The notes under the pieces are model-generated. The model saw nothing but the letters and a program-made list of their open reading frames with translations. It had not been told where the DNA came from and made no database searches. This document shows positions 38,101-50,100 of a DNA stretch of 50,732 bases, piece by piece. The translations under genes were made by a program, and so were the position numbers. The first letter of the stretch is position 1. Each line of letters opens with the position of its first letter. The stretch is taken from contig JBDRBG010000022.1 of NCBI GenBank assembly GCA_043823005.1, forward strand, positions 1-50,732, written 5' to 3'. The stretch is from Candidatus Omnitrophota bacterium. Its GTDB lineage: Bacteria > Omnitrophota > Gorgyraeia > Tantalellales > Tantalellaceae.

Positions 38101-41100
38101 AATTTGTTAAACTTATCAGGAAATTTCAAAATAATATCATCGCCTATCTTCTTCTGAGAAAAGTTCATACTTGTTATCAAATTTCCCTTAACATCTATAA
38201 TGGAAAATATTGATTCTTCTTCTTTGCCGGCTTTAACCATTACAATGTATTTTGGATATTTCGCGACTGCTTCGCCGTATTTTTGTTCGATTGAGATTGC
38301 CGCGCCACTCGCTTGGCTCGTGGCTCGCAATGACGAAGGCTGTTCGCCATCAGCCTCTGGTTCGCCGTCGGAGACGGCTCCTACTTGTAGTTTCTTTCTT
38401 TTTTCAGCAAGTTTTCTGCGCAGCGTTTCTCCGCCAAGACCAAGTAATGCCAAAAACGAAAGAAGTCCCGCCCATTTGGGCCAGTGTTTTTTTGCATGAT
38501 CTTTAAGCTCCTGTGTTGATTGCGCGATTATTCCGCGGCGTTTCTCCTCCTTGCATTCAGATTGCCGCGTCGCTGTAGCTCCTCGCAATGACGGGCGGCT
38601 ATCTTCGTCTTTTTCTGCCGGGCCGATAGATTCTACAATAATAGGGGTTTTACAGTTTGTCAGGCCGTTATATTTAAACTGAAGCCCATAAGTTCTGACC
38701 TTTTTTATATTAAATCCTTCTTTTTTGCGCGGTTCGAAACTTACATCTATTTGTTTTTCCGCTGTTAAAACATCCTGATATTCTCCAGACTGAAAATTGC
38801 CCTGTTGATCTTCTATAAAAAATTTTACGCGTGAAGGTATCCCTGTAATCCCAAGAAAACTTTCAGGGACAGTAATTCTCGCTAAAAATACGTGTTCTTT
38901 TAAATTTGCAGGTCTTTCCATTCTTACACCCATTTTTCTGTATTGAGGTCTTTTTAACGGGCTAAAATCAGCTGTAATAATATATTTCTCTCCTTTTTTA
39001 ACTATTACTTTAAAATCTTTTACATTGGACTCATTGTATTCTTCTCGAACCTTTTTATCTTCCTTAAATACCTTTTCAGAAATATCTTCTTTCTGTATCC
39101 GCGTTTTTCTTAGTTTTTCAAAAATTTTATTAAAAACCGCTTTGCCCGCAAAAACTAAGAATGACAGGATAAAAAATAAACCCGCCCATTTGGGCCAGTG
39201 TTTTTTTGCGTGGTCTTTAAGCCCCTGTGTTGACTGCGCGATTATTCCGCGGCGTTTCTCCTCCTTGTCTTCAGATTGCCGCGTCGCTGTAACTCCTCGC
39301 AATGACGGGCGGCTATCTTCGTCTTTTTCTGCCGGGCCGATAGATTCTACAATAATAGGGGTTTTACAATTTGTCAGGCCGTTATATTCAAACTGAAGGC
39401 CGTATGTCTTGATTTGTTTTGGATTAAACCCGTCTTTGTCACGAGGGCTGAACTGTATTTCTCTTATTTCGCCCGCTGTTAAAATATCGTGATAATCACC
39501 TGCCTGAAAATTGCCGAGCCTGTCTTCAGCAAAAAATCTTACGCGCGAAGGGATCTGCTCAATCCCGAGAAATTCTTCAGGAACAGTAAACCTTGCTGAT
39601 AAAGTATCTCCTTTTAAACTTAAGGGTTCTTCCAGAGTTACATCCATTTTTCCGTATTGATGCCCGTTGTGCAGACTGAAATCCGGAATAATAATATATT
39701 TACCGTCTTTTTTAGCTATTGTTTTAATACCTTTTATATTAAGTTCTTTTTGCCGTATACCCGGAACAGGCGCTTTTACCATTGTTTCTATGTTTTTACC
39801 CGCTTCGATCCTGTCATCCGCTATAACCTGTTCGGTAACAGGTTCCGCGGGTTTAATCTTTTCCGCGATATAGCCCCTGTTAACAAACGCGGCAGTAAGG
39901 ATTACCAGAAAAACAAAAACCTTAAACGGTTTAATAATATACGCTGTCCATGAAGTTTTCTGTTTTAACGGGGTCATATCCCATGGTATGTCTTTTTCAG
40001 GCTGGTGCCATTTGCGGTTTTTGTAAAACAACCAGGCTCCGACTGCGGCTATTCCGGCTATAATCATCGCGGATAACAAAAATATATTATTAACAGGCAA
40101 GACTCCTTTTAAAACAACGAGCCCGATTTTCTTTGTAAGCAGAAAATCCTTTATATCGATACGCAATCCCAAGGCTATTGTATAAAATATACCGGCTACA
40201 AACGCGAAATTAAGGTTTGCCTGCGTCCTGAGTTTAGTTTCTTTGAGTTTTTTGTCTAAAGTGTATTCCAAAGTATCTGCCGGCTTTACTCGGTCAGGAC
40301 CGGGACCTATAATAAAATATCTTGAAAACCTTCTGAAACTTTTCTTTATATTCTCTTTAGTATAAAGCGGGTCAGGCTTTGATACCGGAAGATATCTTTT
40401 TGTAACTTCCTGTTCCATGTCAGCGGCGCGAGGTGTAAGCCACCAGTATCCTATACGCGGACCTATTTCGTTCCATGCTATAGCATTACCGTATAAATAC
40501 ATCATGTGATAAAACGGGATAAACATATTAGCCATAGCCAGCCTGAACCTCATTGCTCTGATAGCTTTTTGTTTATCTGTAGGCGCGCTTTGTATATACC
40601 ACCGGCCGAGCCCTGTCATTACTGCCCAGGATATACCAGCAACACCGACCATAATTCCGCAAAATGAAATTATACCGGCGCTAAAAACTATTGCCGCTAA
40701 TGACCCGAAAAATAATGACGCGATAGTTATCCATTTAAGCGGAGATAAAAGGCTGAGTTTTTCTTTTTGGCCGTTCAGGAGAGTAAAATCATTGTGTATC
40801 TGCCCGGCTTCAACTGCCTGTTTCATCTTTTTGATCTCATATTTTCCGTTTTCAAGGCTTTCAATGGTTTCTTTCATTGCGTTGATGTTTTTCATCGCTT
40901 CTTCAAGGCTTTCAACCGCCTGTCGCATTGCTTTGATCTCATCCATTTCTTTTTCAAGGCTTTCAACCGCCTGTCGCATTGCTTTGATCTCATGCCTTCC
41001 TTCGATCTCAGAATTTTCTTTGATCTTTTCCTTTTGCTGTCCTTCAATCTCATGCCTCTCTTTGATCTTATCCATTGCTTTTTCAAGGCTTTCAACCGCC

Positions 41101-44100
41101 TGTCGCATTGCTTTGATGTCATACCCTGTTTCTTCAAGACTTTTCATCGCCTCTTTCATTGCGTTAATGTTATGATCTGCTTTTTTAAGATTTTTACCTT
41201 TTTGATTGTATAATTTCTCATAAAATTCATCAAACATATCCAGCGCTGTATCATATCCGAGTTCATCGTCAGGACCCTCAAAAATCGACGCGACAGTATA
41301 ATAAGAATGTATAATTATCATTCCCAGGGCAATTACAGGGCCTACTCCCCATGCCCAGCCTTTTGGCATGAAATTAAGGCTTATGGAAACCATCTCTCGT
41401 ATCCCCAAATGCACGGCGCTTATAAATGTTCCGGCATGAGTAATGGTTTCAAACCAGGCAAATACCGGCCCTATAAAGGATTTAATTAAAAACGGGCCTA
41501 TAACATTAATAGGTATTAAACTTACCCATAATATAAGAGCGAATATTTTTGCCATCCTGAACATAAGCGGAAACACAGCGCTCGCAAGAGTCGCGGCAAG
41601 AAATGACGTTACTCCGCTTATACCTTTTTTTCTGTAAAGTTGGAATAAGCGGCCTTCTCCGACAAACTGTAAAAGTCCTATAACATATCCTTTGTTCCAT
41701 CTTGAAGTCTGTAAAGCTCGCACCTCAAAAGTAAGAGAAGTCGCGGCTGCCGGGTCTTCTGATGTTAAAGTATAAAAATTAGATACATTAAATCCCCTGA
41801 ACCAGAGAACCAGCCCGAGTTCATAATCTTCAGCTACCTGCATTTCATCCCACGCGCCTAAACTAAGCAGTTTATTGCGCCTTTCATACTCTTTTTTTAT
41901 GTAGGCTTTAGGATTTTCAGTCAATAACCCGGAATTAATATCGTTCCAATAGATTTCTTCTGTCGGTTCTGTACAAAACCATCCTGTTGTGCCGCCAAGA
42001 GGTTTAAACGTGTCCTGCACAGCATGAAAACCGTCCCATCCCATAGTGTACCAGGCAGAATATTCGCCTCTAAAAAACGCGCCAGTAAGCCACGGCCTTG
42101 CTGAAAGAGCGTTTCTGTCCTGAGACAACCTGCCTTGTCCGTTTTTAGGCATGTTTATACGTTCAAATTCGCCGATTATAAGGTGTTTTATAAATTCGTG
42201 TTCATTAATATCCTTGTTTATATACTCAGTAGCTATTTCGCCGTAATCCGGCATAGTAGCTATCGTAGAATAAAGATCCATCAACGCTATGATCCGTTTT
42301 TTGTTGTTTTCTGGGTCCTGATTCAACTTTTTTATCCTGAGCCAGACAAGCGCCGGAGATATATAAGTTTTATTCTCTTGTGCCAATAAAAGCAGTTCTT
42401 TTAACGCGTGTGTCGTGAACCACCTTAAATGGCGTTTTAAAACATTACCGCGTTTAAAATTCATCCTGCAGACAGATACCCAGTCATTCGCGCCCAGAGC
42501 ACGGGTATATTCTACGCTTGCTTGTTCGGCTATTTTTTTATAATGTTTGATTTTTTGAGCAACAGAAGCTTTATCTTTAACTGCAGGCGCTTTTTGAATT
42601 GCTTCGTCCAATCTAACGGAAAAGTTTTCTCCGCTTAAACGCCGGGTCTCTGCCACGCCTTCTATGACGCCGGTTATCATCTTAAGCACCATTAAGTTAT
42701 CCGGAATATCTTCGGCGTCAAAGATCAACCCATAAGCGCCGTCAGTAGCTTCGGGCCTGAGACAGAAAGTATTTGCCCCGGGTTTTGTATAAGCTTGTTT
42801 TTTCTCGCGCGCAGGCGCAGGAGCTATCTGGCAGTATTTTTCGCCCGGGATCTTGTTTTCTCTCTGAAGTCTCTGTATCATCTGCGTAGTACCGTCGTCC
42901 CATGCCTCGCCCGCGACAATTATCTTTAATCTTTGATACGGATACCGAAAATTACCCAATACCTGAACAAGGTCCATAACCTGTCCTTCATCGCCCATAA
43001 CAACAACGACCCAGTTCTGCACTTTAGGCATAAAATCAAACATCTGTATAAGGCGTTTTTCATTAGGATGCTCGTCAAGAAACGCCCTTAACCGCGCCTC
43101 GTTTACATCATTTTGAGAAATAAGCGAAGGATTGTCCTGAATATCCCATATCTTTAATTCTTTATCAAGGCCAAAACGTTCAACCATATTCTGAAAACCT
43201 TTGCCGGACATCCTTTTAATAAGCTCGTCCCGGGTAAGATTGTTATACGTATTAACCAGGGCTCTGCTTATATCTTTACGCGAGGCTGTATCAGAGATAT
43301 TATAAATACTGCCCGAAGGGCGCGCGCCTTTACCGAAAAGTTTTTCGTATTTTATCCTGTCGTGTTCGTCTACGTTTTTCCATTTTACGCCCTGTTCAAC
43401 CTGCTTGTTTAACCGGGCGATCATCTGTATTTCCAACAGACTGAACCGTCTTATATATGTATCCCTAAACCGCTTGGTCGCTCTTTCGACTTCGTCTTGA
43501 TCTTCTCCTTCATACAGTTTATCCTCTTCGACAATTCCTTTAAAAGCCTTGCGCGTTATAATGCTCATGTACAGGTCAAACAATGAATGGAAAAATACCG
43601 TTCCCAGAAATATATTCACTATAAGCCCAACACCCACATTAAACTTTAAAGCTATACCCGCGCCTGTAAAAAGAGGTACGCCAAAAAGCAGGCTTCCTGT
43701 TACAAGGGCCTTAATTGACGGCCAGGCATAGTTTTTCCAGGTTATTTTTTTCTCGCCGATATGTTTTTTCGCGCGCGCGCCGTACGCGTAATAAAAATAT
43801 TTTAGACAAAAAAGCGCCACACTGCCTATAACCACGAAAGAAAACATCTGCGCGAATATAGTAGGTATACTCATAAGGCCTGCCCTCAAAACTTCCGCGA
43901 AAACTATTTTCCCAGCCGCATAACCTTTTATAGCGCCAAAAACTTTAATCATACCAAATGATCTCTGATACATCGCGCCCCAGGATAAAAGCCTGCCTGT
44001 ACCCACAAAATTAAATAACTGCGCGATAAACCATAAGGAACCCAGACCGAAAAGATACATGCCGAGTCCTAAAATACCACCGATCCACCAAACAACCATT

Positions 44101-47100
44101 ATTTTCTTCCAACTGAAAATCCTGTTTGTATCTTCAAGCGGCCTGGAATCAAAAGGCGTGCGAGCTATACCTGTGTCCCGGTTATTTATAAAACCATTGC
44201 GCTTTATATCAAGCCCTTCCTGATAAGTCTTTGTTTCAGCTGTGACCATTTTAGTCCTGACGCCTTCTCTTGCTTCTACAAGAAACCGCCAGATATCAAG
44301 AGTTTCCAACGGAGAACCGTCACGCGTAAAAAGATCCGTTTCTTTTTGCCTGAAAATCGCGCGCATATCTTCAGCAGGTTCAAATAACGCTACGTTCTTT
44401 GATAAATATTTTTTGGCTTCAAGCGATAAATAATTAAGCCCTATTACGGATAATGCCAAAATAATAATAAACTGATATGCCGACGGCACTGATAAAAATG
44501 CAGTTACTTTGTACACTAATAAAATAACGCCAAAAAACGCAGAAACCGCGCCTATAGCACCGATTTTCCCAAATCCTTTATCTTTCAATATAATGCCTGA
44601 TTTTTCTTGCGGCACCTCATCTTTTAACAACCCGTCTATTTGAGAGATCGCGTTATTTAAGACTGTCTCAAATTCAGGTGTTTTAAATATTTTTTCCGGC
44701 TGGCCCGCTTCAAATTCCTCGTCAATAAGATCTTCTCCTGCTTTTGCTTCAAACGATCTTCTGAACCGGCGCAATTTCCCGATCTTGGCCATAAGCGGTT
44801 TGTTCTCTTGTATAGACTCCAGGATAATTTTTGCGCGTTCCAGTTCAGCTCTTTGGTTTTTGGTTATATCTTTAGCGTCCGTAAGCCTGTTAAGATATCT
44901 CAAATACGGCGATACTGCCAGTATAAACGCTGCAACAAACCCGGCAAAAAGCGAAAAATTAACTAAACTAATGCCGAATATACCCGAGGCAATTGTCTGG
45001 CTTAAAAGGATCATCCCGCTCTGCAGAAAAAACTTAAACACCTTTTGTATGTTCAGGAAATTGTAATTAGGTAGAAGCGTGGCAATTGTAAGCACAGCAT
45101 ATGGAAGAAGCACAATCATCCTGCTAAACCCGAAAAACGGCAATAAAACCGCGGCCATAGTAAAAACTGAAACTGCTCTTGACGAAACACTTATGTTAAA
45201 TCTCGATATTTTATTCGGATCAAAGAAATCCCACAATTCTTCACCGCGTAAACGCGGCAGGAACATGTCTTTATCCTCTACCTTAGCTCTGCGGTCCCTG
45301 AAATCAAGATCAAGCCCTTTTGTCCAGGTTTCAATACCTTTGATAGCTTTATCTATCTCTTTTTTAACTCCATCATCATCCAAACTCCCGGCTTTTCCCG
45401 AATCCGGCGATGATATTAACGGCTCTGCAGAAGAAATGCCGGAACCGTCTACACCAGGACCTGAAACATCGCTTTCTTCCGGAGGAGGCCCGCCGCCGCC
45501 TTTTGAAGTGCCTTTTGTTAATTCAAGCTGTTTTTTTCTTTTCTTCGATTCCCCATAATTCAACCCCGCGATTCCTAGTGCAAGAACAAAAATTAGTATT
45601 GACGCATAAATAGCATACTTCACATAGTTTCTCTCAACACGGTTGGATATATTTGGATCTGGGAACAATCCAAATTTACCGCGAATAAAGTTCAACGGCG
45701 ACTGCTCGGTTAATACCCATCTTGTTTCTACGCGGACTATATGCGTGGGGTCAAAATCTCCGGATAAGCCGGCTGTAACAATTCCGTTAAAACTGCCGTT
45801 CGGATTGACTGGCAGACGCGCGTCATACAGATTACCTCCGGCATCGACAAAAGAAACCCGAACCATGTTTGTAATCTTATTATATGGCGCAGGAATTTTT
45901 CCTGATATATCGATGTTTTGACCTAAATAATTTACGGGCCGGTTATTCTGTTTAACATCAAGATATAAAAGCCCTTCTATTTGGCCCTTTTCAAGACCGC
46001 GGCTTTTTACTTTAGCGATCTGAAACGGAACAATGGCCTTTTCCGGATCAAGCAATAGTTTTACAATACCTTCCTGCGTTTTGCCTGATACGTCTTCTCT
46101 GTGTTCTATATGCAGTTTTTTTATTCTTCTGACAAGTTTAGCATCGTCTCCCTGGAATTTTATCCTGTATTCCACTACATTGGCAGGATCAAAATCTTTG
46201 GCTTCTTCAAGCTCATAACGGCAGCTCCTGGATGCGGGAGAAAAAATCACCAAATGCCATTCATTTGTTTTTTCAATCTCAACTCTTAGTCTTTTTTCTT
46301 TGCCTTTAGAATCCATTGCAATAACATCAACTTCATTGTAAGCTCCGGGCTGGACATCTTTCCACCAGTCCTGGACCACGTCTTTAAACTTACCGGAAAC
46401 ACGATCCATACGCATAAGAAACACAAGATTAGAGTTTGTTGTATCTTTTATCCTGAAATCGGGTTTAAGAACAATCAAATGTTCTCCGTCTTCTATGTTC
46501 AGTTCTTTATCAGCGTATACTTCTCTTTTTCTGCCGTCAACAAACATCTCAGGATAATATATACGTTTTTTCCATTTTGCTTTAACGGGTTTATATTTTT
46601 CCATATTGTCGCGCAATTCAGCCGCCACAATCATATGCCTGGATTTTTCCTGCGATGCTAAAACAGGTTTTACAAATATCTTTTCTCCGGAAGCCTCTAT
46701 GCTATCCAGCATAAGACGGTTTTGACTGTCATAGGTTACAGGGACCACAATCTTTTCTTCATCCGAATATACTGTTCCTCCCCCGCCTGGAAGAACTATT
46801 CCGTCTATTATCTCAGCTTTAATAGCCCCTGCTTTACCCTTGTCCGCGTCATACGGTTTTATATACACCCTGCCGTTTGGATCCTGCGTATACATCAATG
46901 CCGGATCCCTGTAATCATCATAGCCTATAGGTGTTATGATAATTTCACCGGTTTTTATAACTTCACCCCGATCATTCATTTCAAGACCGTTTATGACCTG
47001 CCCGATAATATGTCCGTGTTTATTGTCAACACTGTCATTTCTGATTATGTATAATATGCCATCCTCTCCCTTCATAACCCTGCAGGCAGAATCGATATAA

Positions 47101-50100
47101 TCTTCAAACCTGACCGGAATTAACGACGCGCTTAAATCCTGGCGTAATTTCCGGTCAAGATCCGTCAACTTTTCCCGTAAGAAATCATGTTTAATATTCG
47201 CATTGTGAAGTTTTGATAAAAGGCCGTTCACAACCATTATCATCGTGTTCTTCCATTTTTCGGGCTCACCCCGCACCTTAACGATTTCTTTCTCAGCGAT
47301 TTTTTCCCAAGCGCAAAATCTTATCCATATAAGTTTCTGCCATATCAAAGATGTATCCGGATGCAGATATTTCGCGTTAATCAGCTGATCTGTTTCCGAC
47401 CATACAGCTTCCTGGAGAAACTGTTCAACATAAGTTCTCGTCCTATCTTTATTAAAACCTAAAACATATTCAAAATTTGTATTAAGAGCGTCCTGAAAAT
47501 CCGCCAAAATAATCTTTTCGAGCTCTTTATAATCTCTTTTCGAAGTAACATTGCTTAAAGTACCCAGAACTCCTAATCCCCACGCGTTGTTCAATAAAAA
47601 TTCAGCTCCGGCTTTTTCTTTTTTATCCCGCGAAAACTTGACTTCCGAAACAAACTCGCTGTCTACTATACTTTCCCGAGAAACATATTTTCCTTTATAT
47701 ATTTTCACGGATTTTGTTCTATCCACCTTATTCTGTTTCATTAAAACAAGATGAGTAATATCCAGTTCTGTGTTATATACCAGAACATAATTCTCTCCGT
47801 AATAAAACTCAAGGCTACTGCCATCCTGATAGTTTATTCTTTTAAGCCTGCCGATTTTCATGTTTAATTCATCAGCGACAAGAGGGCCTTTGGTCTGATA
47901 TATATAAATAGTCTCTCTGCCTTGACGCATTTCTACTTTCTTCCGAACTCTTCTTGAGCTCCGACTGAAATAAGCCTGGTTAGATACAAAATCATAAATA
48001 GCTTTTTTATCCGAAACAAACGTATTTGACAGGTTCATCTCCGAAAAAGATTTCAGTTTTTTAAATGCCGGCAATACAGCGCCGGTTCCGTCCGGTCTGA
48101 TATATTTATTTTTTACGGTCAATTCCTGCCAAAGTTCGGACGCACGTTTTCCCCCCACGATTTCAGGGAAATCTGATTCCTCAACACTTCCCAAATATGT
48201 ATAAGAAAAAACCTCTGCTATCTTTTCCTCAACAGGATCTTTTCGCATTTCAATAAACATCCTGCCATCGGCATCATACATATATTCAGTAATAACCTGT
48301 CTGCTTGTTCTGTCAACTGTACCGTCACCGTTAAATTCCAAACCTATAACTTCTCTTGCCGCAGGACCTGCTTCACGATCCGCTGTATTATACAGTGCCT
48401 CAAAAACACGTGCTTTACCTGTTAATTCATCAAAATACTGTGTGCACTGCCATTTTTGGCCGTTATACATATAATACCCAATCGGAATTACGACTATTTT
48501 TCCGTCTGTTTTTACAGTTCCGCCTTTTTCAGATATAACAATGCCGCCTTTTATTACCCGGCCTAACGCGTCACCTGCTTCTTTTTCTTTCGCGTCATAC
48601 GGCGCAAAATACATTTTGCCGTCTTTAAGCGATTTTATATACTGCCATTTCGGAACGTCATAAGAATCATACCCAAACGGATTCATGAAAACATTATCTT
48701 TTGTTTTTACGTCTATTCCGTTGTCACTTCTTTTATTAAATTTTATTTTTCCTATTTCTTTTCCGTTCGTCTCAAAAATCATTTCTCCGACCGCATGGTT
48801 AGCTTCTTTTTCTTTCGCGCTATACGGCGCTTTAAATACGCGTGTTTTGCCTGTTTGTTCACTCATCATCTGTGTATACTGCCATTTCGGATTATCATAA
48901 TTATCATAACCTATTGGAAGAATATTCACTGTTCCCAGTTTTACTTCCCTACCGCCATCCGGTCTTTTCTCAAAACTTACCTCGCCTTTTACCTCGCCCA
49001 CTACATGGTTAGCTTCTTTCTCCTCCGCGTTATACGGTGACATGAAAAATCGCGTCTTGCCGGCTTTAACAATTTGTGTGTACTGCCATTTCGGATTATC
49101 ATAATTATCGTAGCCTATCGGAAGTATCTTCACCTTCCCTAATACCGCTTTCCTGCCGCCATCCGGTCTTTTCTCAAAACTTACCTCGCCTTTTACCTCG
49201 CCCACTACATGGTTAGCTTCTTTTTCCTCCGCGTCATACAGTGACATAAAAAATCTTACTTTACCCGTCTTTTTGCTCATCATCTGTGTATACTGCCATT
49301 TCGGATTATCATAATTATCGTATCCTATCGGAAGTATCTTCACCTTTCCTAATACCGCTTCCCTGCCGCTTTTAGCCGTATCCACAAAACTTACGTCTCC
49401 TTTTACCTCGCCTACTACATGGTTAGCCTCCATTTCCTTCGCGTCATACGGTGACATAAAAAATCGTGTCTTGCCGGCTTTAACAATTTGTGTGTACTGC
49501 CATTTCGGATTATCATAATTATCATATCCTATCGGAAGTATCTTCACCTTCCCTAATACCGCTTCCCTACCGCCATCAGGTCTTTTCTCAAAACTTACCT
49601 CGCCTTTTACCTCGCCCACTACATGGTTAGCTTCTTTTTCCTCCGCGTCATACGGTGACACAAAAAATCGCGTCTTGCCGGCTTTAACAATTTGTGTGTA
49701 CTGCCATTTCGGATTATCATAATTATCATATCCTATCGGCGCGATATCAAGTTCACCGGTTATTGATACTTCACCTTCTTCGGATATATCTATTTCATTA
49801 AAAACTTCTCCGATTACATGGCCGGCTTCGCGGGTTCTAGCATCCCACGGCGCTATAAATTTTCTGCCTGCAGATCCTCTTTTTTCGCCTGCTTTTTCTA
49901 ATACATCTTTATCTTTAACATACTTGCTATATACATAATCACCTTCTCTTCCTATATCTACAAAAGTAGTAAATTCTGCTATCTCATATTCAGCCTTCAT
50001 TTTCACAAAAGCGGAAAGTTTCGCGTAAACTCCGGTTATTTTTCCTATTGTTTTAGTTTCAGACTTCGGTAATTGCGATAAAAGCCATTTTCGTAATTTC

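Noticed and set aside
37480-38260. Possible tandem GNAT-like domains
   Set aside because: Only a weak C-terminal resemblance (V...N..A..F) without a clear acetyl-CoA motif, so not called.
38467-39398. Near-identical pair as a DGR template/variable repeat
   Set aside because: Mismatches are not confined to adenines of one copy, both copies are coding, and there is no reverse transcriptase in the window.
4791-49040. Dozens of 60-160 aa ORFs overlapping the giant genes and ATPases
   Set aside because: Antisense or off-frame shadows of long coding frames, with no recognisable motifs.
48760-49745. 204/210-nt repeats as CRISPR or RHS/YD repeats
   Set aside because: Whole units repeat in frame with no unique spacers. 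The period and the lack of an RHS core motif do not fit.
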